Source: Candidatus Saccharimonadota bacterium
Lineage (GTDB): Bacteria; Bacteroidota; Bacteroidia; Flavobacteriales; Blattabacteriaceae
Direction of reading: 5' to 3'
Assembly: GCF_014252415.1 (NCBI RefSeq)
Contig: NZ_CP059223.1
Span: forward strand, 480,001 to 512,000
DNA length: 32,000 nucleotides
Part shown: positions 9,047 through 18,528 of the stretch, one piece after another
Numbering within the stretch: position 1 is the stretch's first letter
How the letters are laid out: each line of letters opens with the position of its first letter
Program-made: the position numbers and the translations under genes
The notes under the pieces: model-generated
Seen by the model: only the letters and a program-made list of their open reading frames with translations
Told to the model about the DNA's origin: nothing
Databases searched by the model: none

Positions 9047-10414
9047 CCTATCTACAACTATTGTTTTACAATTAGAAAATTCATTTATAGAATAAATAGA
9101 TAATTCTCTTCCATATCCTGATTTTTTAATTCCTCCAAAAGGAAATATTGGTGATGATTCTACAACTTTATTAATAAATATCATTCCAGAATTTATTTCA
9201 CAAGTTAATTTTTCTACTTTATCTATATCATTTGTCCAAATAGATGTACCTAATCCATAAATTGTATTGTTTATTATATCAACGATATCTTTTTCATGAT
9301 GAAAAGGGATAATTAATGCTATTGGTCCAAATAATTCTTCTTCATAAGATATTTTATTTTCTTTATCAATTTTTAATAAAGATGGAGAAAAAAAATTTTT
9401 ATTTCTTTTAGTATTTAAACATATTTTTCCACCATTATACAAAATTTTTTTATATTGATTATCTAATTTATTAGATAAATCATTTCTAGAAATATATCCT
9501 ATTTTTGTATTTATATTATATAGATCACCTCTTTTAAATTTTTCCATTTCATTTATAACTAAATCAATAAAATCATTTAATAAAGAGTTATCTACAATAA
9601 ATCTTTTTGCAGATATACAAGATTGTCCTGTATTACTTAATCTAGAAAATGTAGCTAATTTAGAAATTTTATTTATACTATTTTTTGTATCTTTTAATAC
9701 AACAAAAGCATCATTTCCACCTAATTCCATAATTGATTTTTTTATATTCATTCCGGATATAGCCCCCAAAATTTTTCCAGAATTAGTACTACCTGTAAAT
9801 GAGACCCCATGTACAATATCACTAGATATTATATATTTTATATTTGATTCCTTTATTAATAATACTTGAAATAATCCAGTTGGAAATCCAGAAATTGAAA
9901 ACAATTTTTCTAAAAGAATAGAACAACCGGCAGTACTAATCGATGGTTTTACTAAAACAACGTTTCCTAATATTAAATTAGGAATAGAAAATCTAATAAT
10001 TTGCCAAATAGGATAATTCCAAGGAGTAATACCAAGTATAGTACCTAATGGCTCATATCTAATATATGATTTATAGTATGGTGTATTTTTTTTATTTATT
10101 GTTTTAATAAAATTAAAACTTTTTATATTATTGCAATAAAATTTACACAAATTAACACTTTTGTTAATTTCTGATTTCGATTGTTTTATCGGCTTTCCCA
10201 TCTCTTTAGTAATCATATTAGCCATATTATCTTTATTTTTTAATATAATAGAAGATAATTTATCTATATATTTAACTCTAATATGAAAAGATGTTTTTTT
10301 CCATTCCTCGAATATTTTTTTTGATATAGTTAATTTACTTTTAATTTCTTTTTCAGAAAAAAAATAATATTTATTTATAACTTTATTATTCTCAGGGTTA
10401 ACTGTTTTAAACAT
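9041..10414 (-). CDS. NAD(P)-dependent aldehyde dehydrogenase (457 aa), succinate-semialdehyde-dehydrogenase-like
   Basis: ALDH catalytic Glu block MELGGND, catalytic Cys block GQSCISAKRF and cofactor loop FTGSTNSGK are present. The substrate cannot be assigned from sequence alone. Confidence 0.85.
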   Translation of the reverse strand: MFKTVNPENNKVINKYYFFSEKEIKSKLTISKKIFEEWKKTSFHIRVKYIDKLSSIILKNKDNMANMITKEMGKPIKQSKSEINKSVNLCKFYCNNIKSFNFIKTINKKNTPYYKSYIRYEPLGTILGITPWNYPIWQIIRFSIPNLILGNVVLVKPSISTAGCSILLEKLFSISGFPTGLFQVLLIKESNIKYIISSDIVHGVSFTGSTNSGKILGAISGMNIKKSIMELGGNDAFVVLKDTKNSINKISKLATFSRLSNTGQSCISAKRFIVDNSLLNDFIDLVINEMEKFKRGDLYNINTKIGYISRNDLSNKLDNQYKKILYNGGKICLNTKRNKNFFSPSLLKIDKENKISYEEELFGPIALIIPFHHEKDIVDIINNTIYGLGTSIWTNDIDKVEKLTCEINSGMIFINKVVESSPIFPFGGIKKSGYGRELSIYSINEFSNCKTIVVDRL

Positions 10415-10463
10415 AATTTAAAATATTTATTAACTACATAATATCTTAATCATATCTTCTTGC

Positions 10464-10892
10464 TTACTTACTAAGATATTTAGAATAAAATTTTATTTTG
10501 TTTAAAAAAAGTAATATTCCATTAGAACGAATGGGTGATAAAAATGTTGTTAATCCTATTTCATAAATAATATTATTATTGGAATGAATAATTTCTTTAG
10601 GAAATAATCCAGAATATAGTTTAATTATAAGGACTATCATTCCTTTGGGTAATAATGCGTCACTATCAGCATAAAAAAATATTCTTTTATTTTTTAGTTT
10701 AGCGTCTAACCATACTTTAGACTGACAACCATCTATTAGTTTATCATTAGACCTGAATTCATCCGATTTTTTTTTTAATTCATCTCCTAAATCAATTAGA
10801 AATTGATATTTTTCTTCCCAACCATTAATAGATTCAAATTCATATTTTATCATTTTTTCTCTTTGTAAGAGATTCATTTTATATAAATTCAT
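10464..10892 (-). CDS. sufE: SufE-family cysteine desulfuration (Fe-S assembly) protein (142 aa)
   Basis: DGCQSKVWL active-site cysteine block, ADSDALLPKGM and SPIRSNG motifs. The start could alternatively be the Met at codon 6. Confidence 0.85.
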   Translation of the reverse strand: MNLYKMNLLQREKMIKYEFESINGWEEKYQFLIDLGDELKKKSDEFRSNDKLIDGCQSKVWLDAKLKNKRIFFYADSDALLPKGMIVLIIKLYSGLFPKEIIHSNNNIIYEIGLTTFLSPIRSNGILLFLNKIKFYSKYLSK

Positions 10893-10896
10893 ATAA

Positions 10897-13197
10897 TTAA
10901 CCTAGTTTAATCCTTGCAATTTTGGCAGCTTTAACCATATTATTAATAGATTGTAATACTTCGTTCCAAGTTCTAGTCTTTAATCCACAATCTGGATTGA
11001 TCCATATATTTCTTTTTGGTAAAAAATTAGATGCTTTTTTAATTAAGTTAAATATTTCTTTTTCAGTAGGAATTCTTGGAGAATGAATATCATATATTCC
11101 TGGTCCTATTTCATTTGGGTAAGAGAATCTAGAAAAAATTTTTAATAATTCCATATTTGATCTAGAACTTTCTATAGTAATTACGTCTGCATCTAAATTT
11201 GATATTTGTTTAATTATATCATTAAATTCACTATAACACATATGAGTATGTATTTGTGTTTCGTCTTTTACTCCACTAGATGCAATATGAAATGATCTAA
11301 TAGACCAATTAAAATACCCCCCCCAATTTTTTTTCTTTAAAGGTAATCCTTCCCTTAATGCCGGTTCATCTATTTGAATTATTTTAATCCCAGATTTTTC
11401 TAAATCTATAACTTCATCCCTTATAGCCCATGCTATTTGATATGCAGTTTGATCTATAGATTGATCGTCCCTTACAAAAGACCATTTTAATATTGTAACA
11501 GGACCTGTTAACATTCCTTTTACCAATTTTTTAGTTTTGGATTGTGCATAACAAATCCAATTAGTAGTTATTTTTTCACTTCTACTTACATCCCCGTATA
11601 TAATTGGAGGTTTTACACATCTACTACCATAACTTTGTACCCATCCATTGTTAGTAGATAACATTCCATTTAATTTTTCAGAAAAAAATTCTACCATATC
11701 ATTTCTTTCAAATTCTCCATGAACTAAAACATCTAAACCAAGATCTTCTTGTTTTTTAATAACTTCTGAAATAAATTGTTTTATTTTTTTTTCATATTCT
11801 TTTTTACACAATTTCTTTTTAATAAATTTATTTCTTATTATTCTAATTTCTTTTGTTTGTGGAAAAGAGCCAATAGTTGTAGTAGGAAATAATGGTAAGT
11901 TAAAAGCTTTATGTTGTTTTTTTTGTCTTTTTGAAAAATTACTTATTCTTTTTATATCTTTATCACTTATATCATAAGATCTTTTTTTTATTTTATTATT
12001 ATGAATAATATTAGATTTTTTTAAATCATTTATAATTGATGAATTATTTAATAATATATTATTTTTTCCTTTTATAATTTTTTCCAAATCATTTAACTCT
12101 TCAATTTTTTGTCTTGCAAAAGACATTTTATTTTTTATATTAATATGAATAGATTTCTCATATTTTAAATCAATAGGAACATGTAATAATGAACAATTAG
12201 GAGCAATCATTACACGATCTTCACCAATTGAATTTATAGATTTTTCAATTTTTTTTAGTGAATTTATATATTTATTTTTCCATATATTTCTTCCATCAAT
12301 AATTCCTATAGATAATATTATGTTTGATTCCTTAATAAAGGATAAAACTTTATCTAATTGATTAGGATCTTCTATTAAATCTATATGTATTGCATCTATA
12401 TATGTAAAAAATTCTTCGAAAAGATATAAATTTTCTGAAATTCCATCAAAATAAGATGTTAACAAAATTTTTATATCATGATTATTAAAATATTTGTATA
12501 TTTTCCTATAAGCATATTGTATACAATTTTTTTCACGATCTGATAAATCTAAAGAAAGTATTGGTTCATCTAATTGAATCCATTTTATATTTTTACTTGA
12601 TAAAGTATCAATAATTTCTATATAAACAGTTAAAATATTTTCAATTAGATCCATTTTATTAAATGATGTATCATTTTCTTTACCTAAGTATAGATAAGAA
12701 ACAGGGCCTATCAAAACAGGTTTAATTTTATCCGATGAATTTAATATCAATTTTAATTCCTCTATTTCATCAAATATTTTTTTTGAATAAATAAAAAATT
12801 TTTGTTCTTTAATAAATTCTGGTACTATATAATGATAATTAGTATTAAACCATTTAGTCATATCCATCGCTTTAATATCAAAATTATTATTTTGATATCC
12901 TCTAGCCATGGAAAAATATAAATCCATTTTGTTGTCAAATTTTGGATTTAAATATTTTTCAGGAATTGTACCTATTAATAAAGATAAATCCAAAACGTGA
13001 TCATAAAAACTAAAATCGTTACATGGAATTAAATCTAAATTAGATTTTATCTGAAAATTCCAATTTTCTTTACGTATTTTTTTACCTACTTCAAATAAAG
13101 TAATTAAGTCAATATGACCAGCCCAATAATTTTCACAAGCTATTTTTAATTCTCTATGCCTTCCTATACGAGGAAATCCTAAATTATGTTTCAACAT
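10897..13197 (-). CDS. metE: Cobalamin-independent methionine synthase (766 aa)
   Basis: N-terminal LGFPRIGRHRELK, the zinc-ligand block HTHMCYSEF and PDCGLKTR are present. The length is typical of MetE. Confidence 0.96.
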   Translation of the reverse strand: MLKHNLGFPRIGRHRELKIACENYWAGHIDLITLFEVGKKIRKENWNFQIKSNLDLIPCNDFSFYDHVLDLSLLIGTIPEKYLNPKFDNKMDLYFSMARGYQNNNFDIKAMDMTKWFNTNYHYIVPEFIKEQKFFIYSKKIFDEIEELKLILNSSDKIKPVLIGPVSYLYLGKENDTSFNKMDLIENILTVYIEIIDTLSSKNIKWIQLDEPILSLDLSDREKNCIQYAYRKIYKYFNNHDIKILLTSYFDGISENLYLFEEFFTYIDAIHIDLIEDPNQLDKVLSFIKESNIILSIGIIDGRNIWKNKYINSLKKIEKSINSIGEDRVMIAPNCSLLHVPIDLKYEKSIHINIKNKMSFARQKIEELNDLEKIIKGKNNILLNNSSIINDLKKSNIIHNNKIKKRSYDISDKDIKRISNFSKRQKKQHKAFNLPLFPTTTIGSFPQTKEIRIIRNKFIKKKLCKKEYEKKIKQFISEVIKKQEDLGLDVLVHGEFERNDMVEFFSEKLNGMLSTNNGWVQSYGSRCVKPPIIYGDVSRSEKITTNWICYAQSKTKKLVKGMLTGPVTILKWSFVRDDQSIDQTAYQIAWAIRDEVIDLEKSGIKIIQIDEPALREGLPLKKKNWGGYFNWSIRSFHIASSGVKDETQIHTHMCYSEFNDIIKQISNLDADVITIESSRSNMELLKIFSRFSYPNEIGPGIYDIHSPRIPTEKEIFNLIKKASNFLPKRNIWINPDCGLKTRTWNEVLQSINNMVKAAKIARIKLG

Positions 13198-13209
13198 TAA
13201 ATAAATCTT

Positions 13210-14427
13210 TTAATTTTTATATTTATATAAATATTCCAATATTTCTTTTTCTAATAAAGAAAAAACTTTTCCTCTTCTATTCATAACTATATTGGCAGTT
13301 TTACATATTTCCTTAAATGGAATTCTTTTATTTTCCTTATTATTTTTTATTTCTTTTTTTATTCCTCCTAAGGAAAATGATGGAATATATCTAGGAGGAA
13401 ATCCATATCCAAAAATATTTGTACCAACTCCTACTACTGTTGCTGTATTAAATTGAGTATGTATAGATGATTTAGAATGATCTCCCATTATCACCCCAAA
13501 AAATTTTATTCCAGTAGGAATAAAATTTTTATTCTCATAACTCCAAACTGTTGAATTTGAATAATCGTTTCTTAAATTTGATACATTAGTACCGGCTCCT
13601 AAATTACACCATTCTCCTACAACAGAATTTCCTATAAAACCATTGTGTGCTTTGTTAGAATACGAAAAAAATATAGAATTTTCAATTTCTCCTCCCATTT
13701 TACAAGATGGACCTATAGTTGTCCCTCCATATATTTTTGATCCTATATGCAATATTGATTTTTTTCCAATAAAAGCTGGACCTCTTATAACTGTCCCTTC
13801 CATTAAAGTTACTTCTTTTTCAATATATATTGGGCCAGATTTCGCATTTAATACAATATTATTTCCTTCTAAATCTTCTTTAAGAAATATTTTTTCTTTA
13901 TTCAAAAGAATATTATTACCCAATAAACAATGTGATTTTTTTTCTTTTGTTAAAAACAAAAAATCTTTTTTTAAAAAAAATGAATTTTTAATGAAAATAT
14001 CCCATATATATTGAATATTAACTAATTTATCTACTTTATAAACTTTATTATATATTTTATTTTTTAAAACATTTTTTTTATAATCTTCATAGGAAAAAAA
14101 CTTTTTTTTTATAGCTACTATTTTGTTATTGAATAATATAGCTTCATCATTTTTCATAGAAAAAATTATATCAACAAGATTATTATCAGGTAAATATGAA
14201 GAATTTATCAATAACATATTATTAAAAGGAAGATTTTTTTCATCCGTAGAATATTTCTTTAAAAGAAATGATTTTGTAAATAAATAATTTATATTTTTTC
14301 CTATAAATTTTTCCCATCTTTCTTTCACAGTCAAAATCCCAAACCTTATTTCTGATATAGGTCTAGTAAAAGTTAATGGTAATAAATTATTCCATATAAT
14401 TGAATCATCATATAATATAAAATTCAT
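13210..14427 (-). CDS. GlmU-like putative sugar-phosphate nucleotidyltransferase/acyltransferase with a left-handed beta-helix (405 aa)
   Basis: The C-terminal half carries hexapeptide repeats (IGKKSILHIGSKIYGGTTIGPSCKMGGEIENS ... GNSVVGEWCNLGAGTNVSN). The N-terminus LLPLTFTRPISEIRFGILTVKERWE resembles the Bacteroidota alternative GlmU-like family as I recall it. It lacks a classical GxGTRL loop. Confidence 0.7.
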   Translation of the reverse strand: MNFILYDDSIIWNNLLPLTFTRPISEIRFGILTVKERWEKFIGKNINYLFTKSFLLKKYSTDEKNLPFNNMLLINSSYLPDNNLVDIIFSMKNDEAILFNNKIVAIKKKFFSYEDYKKNVLKNKIYNKVYKVDKLVNIQYIWDIFIKNSFFLKKDFLFLTKEKKSHCLLGNNILLNKEKIFLKEDLEGNNIVLNAKSGPIYIEKEVTLMEGTVIRGPAFIGKKSILHIGSKIYGGTTIGPSCKMGGEIENSIFFSYSNKAHNGFIGNSVVGEWCNLGAGTNVSNLRNDYSNSTVWSYENKNFIPTGIKFFGVIMGDHSKSSIHTQFNTATVVGVGTNIFGYGFPPRYIPSFSLGGIKKEIKNNKENKRIPFKEICKTANIVMNRRGKVFSLLEKEILEYLYKYKN

Positions 14428-14696
14428 ATGTTATAATTTTTTTTAATTTTATTATACTTCTCATATTTTTTTTTAAATTTTTCAGCAGGACCTGTTTTAC
14501 CTAAAAATCTTTTTTCCCCAGTAAAAAATGGATGAGAATAACTAGATATTTCCATTTTATATAATGGATAATCTTTATCATTTATTTTTATATATTCTTT
14601 AGTTTTTATTGTAGACTTACATATAATAATTTTATCATTATTAATATCTTTAAATACAACAAGTCTATAATTTTTAGGATGTATTTTATTTTTCAT
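14424..14696 (-). CDS. rpmE: 50S ribosomal protein L31, type B (no CxxC zinc motif) (90 aa)
   Basis: MKNKIHPKNYRLVVFKD and SSYSHPFFTG motifs. The TGA stop overlaps the downstream ATG as ATGA at 14424-14427. Confidence 0.9.
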   Translation of the reverse strand: MKNKIHPKNYRLVVFKDINNDKIIICKSTIKTKEYIKINDKDYPLYKMEISSYSHPFFTGEKRFLGKTGPAEKFKKKYEKYNKIKKNYNI

Positions 14697-14698
14697 AA

Positions 14699-15814
14699 CT
14701 AAATTTTAATTAATTTATTTTGTTTATTTTGAAAACGATAAATCATACAATTTATATTCATGCCTGCTCCTAATGAGGCCATTAATATAACATCTCCAGG
14801 ATTGATTCTATGATATGATATTTTTTTTTTTAATATCAAATCTAATATAGTAGGGATAGTAGCTACAGATGAATTACCGAATTTTTGAATAGTCATTGGC
14901 ATAATTTTTTTATTAAAATCATTATCTAAATGATAATTATATAATTTTAATAATCTATTTAAAATAGCATAATCCATTTTTGCATTAGCTTGATGAATCA
15001 ATATTTTTTTTATATCATTTAAATGAAAGTTTGTTTTATCAAGAAGATTTTTTAACATATTTGGCATTTCAGTTAATGCATATTCATAAATTTTTCTTCC
15101 ATTCATTTTAATGTTAATTAAAGATTTATTATAATCTGAGTTTACAGAAGGTCCATTTGATAAATAATACAATTCATCATTATTGTTACATTGACTATCA
15201 TAACTGATAATTCCAAACTTTTCATTTTTAATGTTAATTGCAGATAAAACTACCGCACCTGCTCCATCAGAAAATATCATAGAATTTTTATCATATGGAT
15301 CAATAACATTAGATAATGTTTCTGATCCAATTACTAATATATTTTTAGCATATTTAGATGTTAAAAGTTGATCTGCTAAAATCATCCCCTCTATCCACCC
15401 TGGACATCCAAAAACCATATCATATGGTCTACATTTATTATTTTTAATTTTAAGTTTATTTTTTACTTTAGCTGAAATAGAAGGAACAAAATCAGATTGA
15501 AAAGAATCAGGATTAATATCTCCATAATTATGAGCGGATATGATATAATCTATTTCCTCTTTATAAATATTTGAATTAATTAATGCTCTTTTTGCTGCAA
15601 TTGTTGCAATATCTGAATTTAATACATTTTTTTCTACATATCTTCTTTCTTCTATTTCTGTAATATCTTTAAATTTATCAATAATTTCTTTATTAGATTT
15701 ATTGATTTTTAATCCTTTTTTATTGTAAAATTCACAATTTAAAAAATATTCATTTTTTATAATTTTTTTTGGTAAATAATGACCAGTTCCTATAATGATT
15801 GATTGAATCATCAA
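14699..15814 (-). CDS. fabH: 3-oxoacyl-ACP synthase III (371 aa)
   Basis: The Cys-His-Asn triad contexts are GCPGW, HQAN and GNSSVAT. Confidence 0.9.
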   Translation of the reverse strand: MMIQSIIIGTGHYLPKKIIKNEYFLNCEFYNKKGLKINKSNKEIIDKFKDITEIEERRYVEKNVLNSDIATIAAKRALINSNIYKEEIDYIISAHNYGDINPDSFQSDFVPSISAKVKNKLKIKNNKCRPYDMVFGCPGWIEGMILADQLLTSKYAKNILVIGSETLSNVIDPYDKNSMIFSDGAGAVVLSAINIKNEKFGIISYDSQCNNNDELYYLSNGPSVNSDYNKSLINIKMNGRKIYEYALTEMPNMLKNLLDKTNFHLNDIKKILIHQANAKMDYAILNRLLKLYNYHLDNDFNKKIMPMTIQKFGNSSVATIPTILDLILKKKISYHRINPGDVILMASLGAGMNINCMIYRFQNKQNKLIKI

Positions 15815-15919
15815 AATAAATTTATAAATAAAAAATAAAATAAAAAATATTGAATATAAAAATAATATATATTATCATATATGTTTATAATTTTATAAAA
15901 TAAAATTTAACTATAATTA

Positions 15920-16678
15920 ATGAATAATTATAAAAATGATTTTTCTTATGAATCAGAAAAAAAATTAAAAGATATGTTTGATAACATATCTGAAAAATAT
16001 GATATAATCAATAATATTTTATCATTTGGATTAGATTCTTTTTGGAGAAAAAATGTGATTGATATTTTAAAAAAATTTTATGTTAAAAGAAATTATAAAC
16101 ATTTAAAAATATTAGATTTGGCTTCTGGAACAGGGGAGTTATCTTTTCTACTTCTTAATGAATTTGATGGATCTAAAATTATCGGATTGGATCCATCTAA
16201 AAAAATGATAAAAGTAGCAAAAAAAAAACTAAAAAAAATTAATAATAATTATAAAAATAATATCTCATTTATTAAAGGTTATTCCCAAAATATACCATTT
16301 GATAATGAAACATTTGATATTATAACAATTTCTTTTGGATTAAGAAATTTTCAATTTATTCACAAATCTTTTAAAGAAATGTATAGAGTAATTAAATCAT
16401 ATGGAAAATTAATAATTTTAGAATTTTCTAAACCGAATAATATTTTTTTTAGAAACATGTACTATTTATACAATAAATTATTTATGATTAAAATAGGAGG
16501 ATTTTTATCTAAAAATTATTGTGCTTATAATTATCTAAATAAATCGATATATTTTTTTTCTTTTGATGAAAAACGGATAAAAAATATTTTTCAAAATGAA
16601 AATTTTATTTTGATAAATACAAAAAAATTAACATTTGGAATAGCTTCAATATATTTTTTAGAAAAAAATATTAATTAA
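15920..16678 (+). CDS. ubiE: Demethylmenaquinone / ubiquinone-type C-methyltransferase (252 aa)
   Basis: SAM-binding motif ILDLASGTGE, and the ISFGLRN block typical of UbiE/MenG. Confidence 0.88.
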   Translation: MNNYKNDFSYESEKKLKDMFDNISEKYDIINNILSFGLDSFWRKNVIDILKKFYVKRNYKHLKILDLASGTGELSFLLLNEFDGSKIIGLDPSKKMIKVAKKKLKKINNNYKNNISFIKGYSQNIPFDNETFDIITISFGLRNFQFIHKSFKEMYRVIKSYGKLIILEFSKPNNIFFRNMYYLYNKLFMIKIGGFLSKNYCAYNYLNKSIYFFSFDEKRIKNIFQNENFILINTKKLTFGIASIYFLEKNIN

Positions 16679-16686
16679 ATTTATTA

Positions 16687-18222
16687 ATGATAAAATATAT
16701 ATCTAATTATATAACATATTCTTTTTTGAAAAAAAGGATAAAAAATATAGAATTAACAATGGATTATCCTATAGATATCCAAAATAACGTTTTAAATGAG
16801 TTATTATTACATGCGAAAAATACAGAATTCGGAAAAAAATATAGATTTAATGAAATTAAAAAATATAAAAAATTTTTTGAAAGAGTTCCAATATGTAAAT
16901 ATTCTGATATAAAACCGATAATAAATAGAATAAGAAAAGGAGAAAAAAATATATTATGGCCAGGAAAAATAAAATGGTTCGCTAGATCTTCAGGTACGAC
17001 AAATACAAAAAGTAAATATATACCGATTACGTCACAATCCATGAATTCGCATTATGAATCAGGTAAAGATATGTTATCTATGTATATTCATAATCATCCA
17101 AAAACAAAAATTTTTCTAGGAAAAGCTGTACGTTTAGGAGGTAGTTATACATTACATAAAAAATATAATAATTTTTATGGAGACTTATCTTCTATTCTAA
17201 TAAAAAATCTTCCATTTTGGGCAGAAATTATTTGTACTCCAAAAAAAAAAATTTCATTAATGAGTGAATGGGATAAAAAGTTAAAAAACTTAATAAAAAT
17301 AACTGTTAAACAAGATGTTCGTATATTATTAGGAGTATGTTCTTGGTTATTAATTTTTCTTGATCGTTTATTAAAAATATATAATAAAAAAAGTATTAAT
17401 GATATATGGCCAAATATAGAAGTTATATTTCATGGAGGTGTTAGCTTAAATCCGTATATATTACAATATAATAAATTATTTAATAACCATAAAAATATAA
17501 ATTACTATAATATATATAGTGCTTCAGAAGGTTTTTTTGCTATTCAAAACGAAAATAAAGTTGAAGATCTTTTATTATTATTAAATCATGGAATTTTTTA
17601 TGAATTTATTCCTATCGAATATATTAATGATAGTAATCCAAAAATATTATCTATTAATGAAGTAAAATTAAATAAAAATTACGCTATAGTAATTTCTACT
17701 AACGCTGGGTTATGGAGATATATCGTAGGAGATACAGTAAAATTTACTAATTTATCCCCATATAAAATTATAATTTCTGGAAGAACCACTCAATATATTA
17801 ATTGCTTTGGAGAAGAATTAATTGTAGAAAATGCTGATAAAGCATTAAAAAAATCTTGTATAGAAACAAATTCTATATTACAAGAATATACAGCAGGACC
17901 TGTTTATATAAATGAAGGTAAATCTGGATCTCATGAATGGATTATAGAATTTAAAAAACATCCAAAAAATATATATAATTTTAGAGATATTTTAGATAGA
18001 GAATTACAAAATTTGAACTCTGATTATGAAATAAAACGATATAAAGATATTGTTTTACGTCCTCCAATCATACATGTTGCTAGAAATGGTTTATTTTATG
18101 ATTGGCTAAAAAAAAAAAATAGATTAGGTGGACAAAATAAAATACCACGTTTATCTAATAATAGAAAATATATCAATTCTATACTTAAAATTCAGGATAA
18201 AAATAAAATTACTGTAAACTAA
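16687..18222 (+). CDS. GH3-family (auxin-responsive-promoter family) acyl-adenylate-forming enzyme homologue (511 aa)
   Basis: Three ANL/GH3-style motifs occur in the expected order: RSSGTTNTKSKYIP (aa 100-113), YSASEGFF (aa 277-284) and GLWRYIVGDTV (aa 341-351). Confidence 0.8.
   Translation: MIKYISNYITYSFLKKRIKNIELTMDYPIDIQNNVLNELLLHAKNTEFGKKYRFNEIKKYKKFFERVPICKYSDIKPIINRIRKGEKNILWPGKIKWFARSSGTTNTKSKYIPITSQSMNSHYESGKDMLSMYIHNHPKTKIFLGKAVRLGGSYTLHKKYNNFYGDLSSILIKNLPFWAEIICTPKKKISLMSEWDKKLKNLIKITVKQDVRILLGVCSWLLIFLDRLLKIYNKKSINDIWPNIEVIFHGGVSLNPYILQYNKLFNNHKNINYYNIYSASEGFFAIQNENKVEDLLLLLNHGIFYEFIPIEYINDSNPKILSINEVKLNKNYAIVISTNAGLWRYIVGDTVKFTNLSPYKIIISGRTTQYINCFGEELIVENADKALKKSCIETNSILQEYTAGPVYINEGKSGSHEWIIEFKKHPKNIYNFRDILDRELQNLNSDYEIKRYKDIVLRPPIIHVARNGLFYDWLKKKNRLGGQNKIPRLSNNRKYINSILKIQDKNKITVN
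18108..18119 (+). repeat. A12 homopolymer inside the GH3-family ORF (encodes KKKN)
   Basis: Counted directly: attggctAAAAAAAAAAAAt. It is in frame within an intact ORF. Confidence 0.95.
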
Positions 18223-18234
18223 TAATAATAATTT

Positions 18235-18501
18235 ATGTATTCATCAGATAAAAAAAAAGAAATATTTAAAAATTATGGTAAATCCATATCTGATACTGGA
18301 TCACCTCAGGTACAAGTTGCCTTATTTACATATAGAATTAATTATTTAAATAATCATTTAAAAAAAAATAAAAAAGACTTTAATACAGAAAGATCATTGA
18401 TAAAATTAGTAGGAAAGAGAAAAAAATTATTAAAATATATTGAAAAAAACGATATAAATAATTATAAAAATATTATTAAAAATTTAAAGTTAAGAAAATA
18501 A
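18235..18501 (+). CDS. rpsO: 30S ribosomal protein S15 (88 aa)
   Basis: GSPQVQVALFTYRINYLNNHLKKNKKD ... LVGKRKKLLKYI. The canonical rpsO-pnp adjacency is present. Confidence 0.93.
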   Translation: MYSSDKKKEIFKNYGKSISDTGSPQVQVALFTYRINYLNNHLKKNKKDFNTERSLIKLVGKRKKLLKYIEKNDINNYKNIIKNLKLRK

Positions 18502-18528
18502 TTTCTTTTCTAATTTAAAGAAAAATGT

